Shown in pieces: positions 54,975 to 59,455 of a stretch of 59,455 nt of DNA. The stretch is from the NCBI GenBank assembly GCA_043747615.1, contig JAYTOU010000036.1:1-59455 (forward strand), in the 5' to 3' direction. Under the pieces are notes generated by a model. It was not told the DNA's origin. It saw only the letters and a list, made by a program, of their open reading frames with translations, and searched no databases. This DNA is from Myxococcales bacterium (GTDB taxonomy: Bacteria; Myxococcota_A; Polyangia; Polyangiales; Polyangiaceae). Position 1 is the first letter of the stretch, and every line of letters begins with the position of its first letter. Position numbers and translations under genes: made by a program.

Positions 54975-55531
54975 GTCAACTCGCGGACGATCGTCCCGAG
55001 CCCGCGGGCTATCGCCAACGTCGCGCCCCACACGAATTCTCCTTCGACCGTGAGGCCGATGCGGGGGAGAATGGCCAACGAAGTACCTGCGAATCGCCGA
55101 AGCGGCCCCGAAAAAACGCGCGCAACCTCGGCAGGGTTCGGCACCGGGACGATGCTGCTCGCAATCCATCCGACGAACGGCGTGATGATGTAGCCGGTGC
55201 CCGTGACGTAGTCGTCGAGCGGACCGAGCACGTCGACCGCGTCTCCCCGGATCGCGAGCTCTTCCTCGGTTTCGCGTAACGCCGTCATCATGAGCGAGTC
55301 GTCGGTGAGATCGCGCTTGCCTCCTGGAAACGCGACCTGTCCGCTGTGCTTGCGCATGGCATCGGTTCGCTTGAGGAGCCAGACGTGAACGTCGGCGTCG
55401 CGCTCGAAGAGAGGGACGAGCACTGCGCAAGCTTTGCCCGCGCCGTCATGAGCAAGGCGACGCTCGCGATCGCGCAAGTAGGCGCGGAGAGGCTCGCGGA
55501 GCGCAGTTTCACTGAAGGATGGCAAGACCAC
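54968..55531 (-). CDS. Nudix hydrolase, CoA pyrophosphatase family
   Basis: AVLVPL, HSGQVAFPGG, TALRETEEE, NPAEV, VWGAT. Confidence 0.92.
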   Translation of the reverse strand: MVLPSFSETALREPLRAYLRDRERRLAHDGAGKACAVLVPLFERDADVHVWLLKRTDAMRKHSGQVAFPGGKRDLTDDSLMMTALRETEEELAIRGDAVDVLGPLDDYVTGTGYIITPFVGWIASSIVPVPNPAEVARVFSGPLRRFAGTSLAILPRIGLTVEGEFVWGATLAIARGLGTIVRELTQ

Positions 55532-55598
55532 GGGGCGTTATCTGATCCATGATTCCACAGATCTAGGCATATCGCGTGCAGGGCTTGCTTCAATCGCG

Positions 55599-56009
55599 AT
55601 GAAACGATCCGCTCCTTTTCTAATTTTCGCCACTTTTGTCGCCGGTGGTTGTGGCTTGGACACGGGCGGTCTGGGGGATCTCTCGCACCAGACTGGTACC
55701 ACGGGGAGCCAGCACGCCGAGTCCGGGGCTCCGAGCGTCGCTGCCGACGCTTCCGCCGCTCCCGCAGATGGCCAAGCGGCAGACGCTTCGACAACCGCGG
55801 TCGATGGTGCGGCCGGGGGGTGCGGCGCCACCACGTGCAGCACTGGTGAGGTGTGCTGCGCACGGGAGGTCGGCGGCAAGGCGCAGACGTCGTGCAGCAA
55901 GAATTGTAGCGGCGGCGGCGTTGTCGTGTGTGACGTGGGAGGCTTGCGGTGCAGTGAGGGAGACTGCGGCCCTTGGGCGAAATTTCCGGGGCTCGACGTC
56001 TGTAACTGA
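55599..56009 (+). CDS. Small Cys-rich lipoprotein
   Basis: Lipobox AGG-C; DAS linker; CG...C..GEVCC. Confidence 0.75.
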   Translation: MKRSAPFLIFATFVAGGCGLDTGGLGDLSHQTGTTGSQHAESGAPSVAADASAAPADGQAADASTTAVDGAAGGCGATTCSTGEVCCAREVGGKAQTSCSKNCSGGGVVVCDVGGLRCSEGDCGPWAKFPGLDVCN

Positions 56010-56060
56010 CGATCCGGTGGCGACGAGAGGGCGATTTTGGCGTAAGCTAAGGCCCGATTT

Positions 56061-56131
56061 TCCGGCGTCGTCTAATGGCAGGACAGCGGATTTTGATTCC
56101 GCTTATCGTGGTTCGAATCCACGCGCTGGAA
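56061..56131 (+). tRNA. tRNA-Gln (anticodon TTG)
   Basis: Acceptor TCCGGCG/CGCTGGA; D-arm GTC-TAATGGCAG-GAC; anticodon arm GCGGA-TTTTGAT-TCCGC; T-arm CGTGG-TTCGAAT-CCACG; followed by CCG rather than CCA. Confidence 0.95.
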
Positions 56132-57487
56132 CCGAGAGATCGTGAATTCCTCCTCGATCCGCCGCCACTTCGTGCAGCCACTTGAGGCGAGCTCGGGGAT
56201 GGCGTCGACCATCGGAACGACCGGGCCGTACTTGCGAAAGTGCGGGACGTTGCGCCGGTAGGTATCAAGCATCCCCGGCGTGCGATGGCGGGTCCTTTCG
56301 CGAACCCAGGTGTCAGACTGACCTTGGGCGAGCGCAGCCGTCACGAAGAGGCCGCGCAGGTCATGCACGCGCACCGCGAGTCGCCTCTTGAGCTCCTCGT
56401 TCTCTGGGAAGAGATCGGGACGCTTCTCGCGGCTGATGCCCGCCATGGTCAGATGCGCGCGGAAGGTCTCGGCGGCGAGAACGACGGTGATGGGCTGGCC
56501 AGCCTTCGTGACGAACACGCGATCGGAGGGTCCGGGGTTTGGCGTGATTTTCCGCCAGGCTTCGAGGCCATCGAGGGTCGGCGGGTCCAGGGGCACGTTG
56601 ACCGTTTCCGTCGTCTTCGTCCTCGAGAGGCACGCGCGCCCGTGCTCGAAGTCGATGTCCTTCCAGAGAAGCGGGGGAATGCTCTCGTCTTCACCCTCCT
56701 CGCCTTTCGGCTCCTGACGTCCGACGGCTTCGCTGATGCGCCATCCGGTCTCGGCAAGGAATGCCCAGAGCAGGCGGTAGCCGATCTCGACCTCCTTGCA
56801 CTTCGCGACCGCGGCGGCCTCGTCCGGGTAGAGCGTGGCCAGCAGCTTGTCCTGTTTCACCTTGGGCATACGGGGGATCGGATTCACCGGCACGAGGCGG
56901 AGCGGGTACACCGCAAGCTCGAAGACGCGGTGCATGTACTGCGCGACTTGGGGCCGCGAACCGGAACCGAGCGACTTCGAGAGGGTGCGCATGATCTCCT
57001 CGTAGGTGTCTGTCGTCCACGCTGCGAGCGGGAGGTCCCTGTACTGGGCGGGCACGTGCTTCGACCGGTACTCGTCGTCACGCCACGAGCGTTTCCGCTC
57101 GACGTGATCGGGGTAGTCGCGCGCGAGCTCGCCGGAGGTCCAGCGCTTCGAGATCGATCGGAACGTGTCCGCTTCGAGGAGGGGCTGGCGCTTGGCTGAG
57201 GCCTTCTCCGTGCCTCCGCAAATGCCGGCGACGATCGTGCGTAGCTTGGCGAGCTGCTCATCGTTGGCGGTCGCGGCCTGCTCGATCACCTTCTCGATGA
57301 ACTCGCCGCGCTCCGACTCGCGCAGTAGGCGCACGAGCGCGTTGATGGCTAACGCGCGCGCCTTTGCGTCGGGCTCGGTCGTGATATGCGGAAGGAGGAC
57401 GCTACGCCGCGTCTTCTTTGCGACATTGACCCTGGCGAACCAGCGTCCGCGGCTGTTGTAGACGCCGCCGGTAGTCGGGCCGGCCAC
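56072..57487 (-). CDS. Tyrosine recombinase / integrase
   Basis: TGWRISE (R), RTKT (K), HDLR, TRH, DTY; N-terminal arm-binding-like strand motif; AAGGAGG RBS; C-terminus overlaps the tRNA. Confidence 0.92.
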   Translation of the reverse strand: MAGPTTGGVYNSRGRWFARVNVAKKTRRSVLLPHITTEPDAKARALAINALVRLLRESERGEFIEKVIEQAATANDEQLAKLRTIVAGICGGTEKASAKRQPLLEADTFRSISKRWTSGELARDYPDHVERKRSWRDDEYRSKHVPAQYRDLPLAAWTTDTYEEIMRTLSKSLGSGSRPQVAQYMHRVFELAVYPLRLVPVNPIPRMPKVKQDKLLATLYPDEAAAVAKCKEVEIGYRLLWAFLAETGWRISEAVGRQEPKGEEGEDESIPPLLWKDIDFEHGRACLSRTKTTETVNVPLDPPTLDGLEAWRKITPNPGPSDRVFVTKAGQPITVVLAAETFRAHLTMAGISREKRPDLFPENEELKRRLAVRVHDLRGLFVTAALAQGQSDTWVRERTRHRTPGMLDTYRRNVPHFRKYGPVVPMVDAIPELASSGCTKWRRIEEEFTISRFQRVDSNHDKRNQNPLSCH

Positions 57488-57488
57488 G

Positions 57489-57704
57489 CTACGCGCCCTC
57501 CTTCGGCTGCCTAATGTAAATCTGCGGCTCGAGCGCTGCCCACTCGATGCCGATCTTGGCCCTGAGCCCGGTGCCTTCCAAGGTCCTGTCTGCGGCCTCT
57601 TCGGCGAGGCCCACGAGCGTCGTTAGTTCTAGCTCCTCGTCGCCCTCAAGGTCGATCGTGATCCGGTGGTGGAAGACAGCCTTCTTCTTCGCGCGCGCCG
57701 TCAC
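57489..57704 (-). CDS. Small hypothetical protein directly upstream of the integrase
   Basis: GTGA overlap with the upstream ORF; stop lies 1 nt before the int start. Confidence 0.6.
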   Translation of the reverse strand: MTARAKKKAVFHHRITIDLEGDEELELTTLVGLAEEAADRTLEGTGLRAKIGIEWAALEPQIYIRQPKEGA

Positions 57705-58150
57705 GACGCCACCCGGCCTTGCATCGCCATCGCCAGGTCGGCCTCGTGGATCTCCTCGGCCTTCTCTGTGATCTTCGAGTACAGGTCCGCGATCGCCTGA
57801 AGCCGACGAGCGCAGGTGAAAAGCGCGCAGTCGACGTCTCGGTCCTCATCTCCCACGGCCAGGCGGCATGCCTCGATGTCTTTGGTGATGCTCACGATGC
57901 CGGCGTAGATCGCCGAGTCCTCGCCTTCGCCGAACGGATCGAGGAGGTGCACGAGGCAATCCCCCGCCGTGGCTCGCTGGAGGTCGTGCTGGCCTACGCC
58001 GGTCGAGCCCAAGGCAGCGCGGATGGCCCGCACGTTCAAGCTGAGGGTTGGGCGCGCCGTCCCTGCCTCCGGCGTGATCATCGGGGTGACGCTCTTCTTG
58101 CCCGCGGCCTTGCTGCTCTTCTTCGTGCTAGTTTTCATCGTCTGCCTCAT
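57701..58150 (-). CDS. Hypothetical protein with Lys-rich N-terminus
   Basis: 149-aa ORF in the same operon-like run as int. Confidence 0.65.
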   Translation of the reverse strand: MRQTMKTSTKKSSKAAGKKSVTPMITPEAGTARPTLSLNVRAIRAALGSTGVGQHDLQRATAGDCLVHLLDPFGEGEDSAIYAGIVSITKDIEACRLAVGDEDRDVDCALFTCARRLQAIADLYSKITEKAEEIHEADLAMAMQGRVAS

Positions 58151-58169
58151 CTCAGTTGGGGTTGACCAA

Positions 58170-58210
58170 GCCCTCGGCCGTTAGCGCGGCGTGAGGGTTT
58201 TTCTTTTGTT
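58170..58210 (+). terminator. Hairpin with T-tract (terminator-like on + strand; leader hairpin on - strand)
   Basis: CCCTCGGCCG-TTAGCG-CGGCGTGAGGG followed by TTTTTCTTTTGTT. Confidence 0.55.
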
Positions 58211-58370
58211 ACTTCGCTCGCTTGCTCTGGCGCGCCTTGGCGTACTGACGAAGCACGTAGCGGAGGGCATCCACGCGACGCACGAGCCCCATTTCCTCTT
58301 GGACTGCGGTGAGGATCGCGATGTCGTCGGCGCCGAATCGAATCGTTTGGGCGTGACTAGGTTCCTTCAT
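58209..58370 (-). CDS. 53-aa ribbon-helix-helix (CopG-like) protein, absent from the ORF track
   Basis: MKEPSHAQTIRFGADDIAILTAVQEEMGLVRRVDALRYVLRQYAKARQSKRAK; GGAG upstream; overlaps the previous gene's end. Confidence 0.75.
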   Translation of the reverse strand: MKEPSHAQTIRFGADDIAILTAVQEEMGLVRRVDALRYVLRQYAKARQSKRAK

Positions 58371-58689
58371 CTTCTTCTCCATTTCTGGCCTGTACTTTCT
58401 TCAGTGTTTCTTCGACCACACGGAGACGCTCCTCGATCGCTGCGACACGCGGATCGGAGTCCGAGCGCCACGGGGGCTGCCAGTCGCGCCACTCAATCGC
58501 CGCGGTGCCTCGACAGATCTTCCGCCACTCCTCGTCCGTGAGGACCTCGCGCCCATAGCCGATGACGGCGGCACGGATCGCCGCGCTCGTCGTGAGGTGC
58601 TGATTCCTTCCGAGCTGCTCAAGGAGCGACCACTCGAAATCTGAGAATCGAATCGTGAGGGCATGCGTCTTCAGTTCTCGTTCGGCCAT
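58357..58689 (-). CDS. Ribbon-helix-helix DNA-binding protein with C-terminal coiled coil
   Basis: THALTIRFSDFEWSLLEQLG....TTSAAIRAAV; VAAIEERLRVVEETLKK. Confidence 0.75.
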   Translation of the reverse strand: MAERELKTHALTIRFSDFEWSLLEQLGRNQHLTTSAAIRAAVIGYGREVLTDEEWRKICRGTAAIEWRDWQPPWRSDSDPRVAAIEERLRVVEETLKKVQARNGEEDEGT

Positions 58690-58796
58690 CGACGGATGGT
58701 ATAGGCCGACACACCTTTTGTAACGCACGAGGTTCTCACGCGCAACCCATTCGCACCTTTTGTCATGCACTGAACAAATCCTGTTCAGTTTCGCCA
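58690..58796. promoter_or_regulatory. Divergent control region with direct and inverted repeats
   Basis: CACCTTTTGT at 58712 and 58754; ACTGAACA-N5-TGTTCAGT at 58769-58789; minus-strand GTTACA-17-TACCAT before ATG58689. Confidence 0.55.
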
Positions 58797-59354
58797 GTGA
58801 AATCGAGTGCTAAGGCTGCACTAGAGAAACGTGCAGAATACAGACTTCTGCCGACCAAGGGAGGCTGGCCAGTGCTTGAGGGCAAGTTCACCCGCTTCGG
58901 CTACTTGATGGATCTCGCGTCCGCGTCGTTCATTGAGAGGCGGTTCATCGCGGCACTGCTCCTCTCGGAGGACTTCACCTTCGAGCCGATGAACCAATTC
59001 CCGCACGCCGTTGCTCGCGATCGGTTCGGTATCGTCCTCGGCGACCAGGTGCCGATCGGGCCGCACGTCGTCGACTTCACGCTCACGCACGAGCGCGTCG
59101 AGCCTCGCTTCGTCGTCGAGCTCGATGGTCATGCGTGGCACCGGCGGACGGCAAACGAGGCAGGCTATGAAGCGCATCGAGAGCGGGAGATCTCGGCGAA
59201 GGGGTGGACGATCATCCGCTACATTGGCGCCGAGGTGATGCGCGATCCTCGAAAGGTTGCGCAGGATGCGTACGGGCGAGCATTTGCACGGGTGCCGCGG
59301 CCCGGCATCGCGAAATCAGCAGGCTTCGAGCGCGAGCAGAAGACTACCGGCTGA
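58797..59354 (+). CDS. DUF559/Vsr-like endonuclease-domain protein
   Basis: S.IERRF, QVPIGPHVVDF, VVELDGHAWH, R.REI...GWTIIRY; start may be ATG58908. Confidence 0.8.
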   Translation: MKSSAKAALEKRAEYRLLPTKGGWPVLEGKFTRFGYLMDLASASFIERRFIAALLLSEDFTFEPMNQFPHAVARDRFGIVLGDQVPIGPHVVDFTLTHERVEPRFVVELDGHAWHRRTANEAGYEAHREREISAKGWTIIRYIGAEVMRDPRKVAQDAYGRAFARVPRPGIAKSAGFEREQKTTG

Positions 59355-59371
59355 CGGCTGCCTGACGTCAA

Positions 59372-59455
59372 TTACAAATTCCCTTTAACGACAACTAGAA
59401 TTCCCCATCCATCTACTTCGCTTTCGTAGTTGTCGTCTCGGTAGTTGTCGTTGCT
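59372..59455 (-). CDS. Possible 3' end of a gene entering from beyond the window (replication/primase-like by context only)
   Basis: Open frame SNDNYRDDNYESEVDGWGILVVVKGNL* containing ACGACAACTA repeats. Confidence 0.35.
   Translation of the reverse strand, partial: SNDNYRDDNYESEVDGWGILVVVKGNL

Larger units (their letters stand above)
56132..59455. mobile_element. Left end of a tRNA-Gln-integrated element (integrative element, phage satellite or prophage); continues beyond the window
   Basis: Integrase abutting the tRNA 3' end; short orphan ORFs, RHH regulators, DUF559-like nuclease; attR not in the window. Confidence 0.85.

Noticed and set aside
58191..58541. 116-aa plus-strand ORF in the element
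   Set aside because: Antisense to the two RHH genes, which have better motif and RBS support.
58797..59354. DUF559 nuclease plus RHH as a toxin-antitoxin or defence system
   Set aside because: The genes are divergent rather than co-transcribed, and DUF559 proteins are common in mobile elements; there is no direct support.

Overview
GC-rich chromosomal window that looks myxobacterial, probably Polyangiaceae/Sorangiineae (inferred from an AglZ-like protein, a TIGR02266-type PilZ protein, eukaryote-like Ser/Thr kinases and many Cys-rich 'DAG'-linker lipoproteins). Bases 1-56 kb are densely coding. They include an FKBP, DnaJ, a maltodextrin-type ABC system with a fused binding-protein/permease, two kinases, SppA, HisIE, AglZ, a compact chemosensory cluster, RimI, two purine deaminases, a stand-alone HD protein, a deoxyhypusine-synthase-like protein with an amidase, and several beta-barrel-like proteins. 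At 56061 a tRNA-Gln(UUG) is followed by the left end of an integrated element that runs off the window. The element carries a tyrosine integrase whose reading frame ends inside the tRNA, two ribbon-helix-helix proteins (one missing from the ORF track), a DUF559-like nuclease and iteron-like repeats. Family calls come from motif recognition by eye, with no database searches. Many start codons were moved from the ORF track and are estimates.
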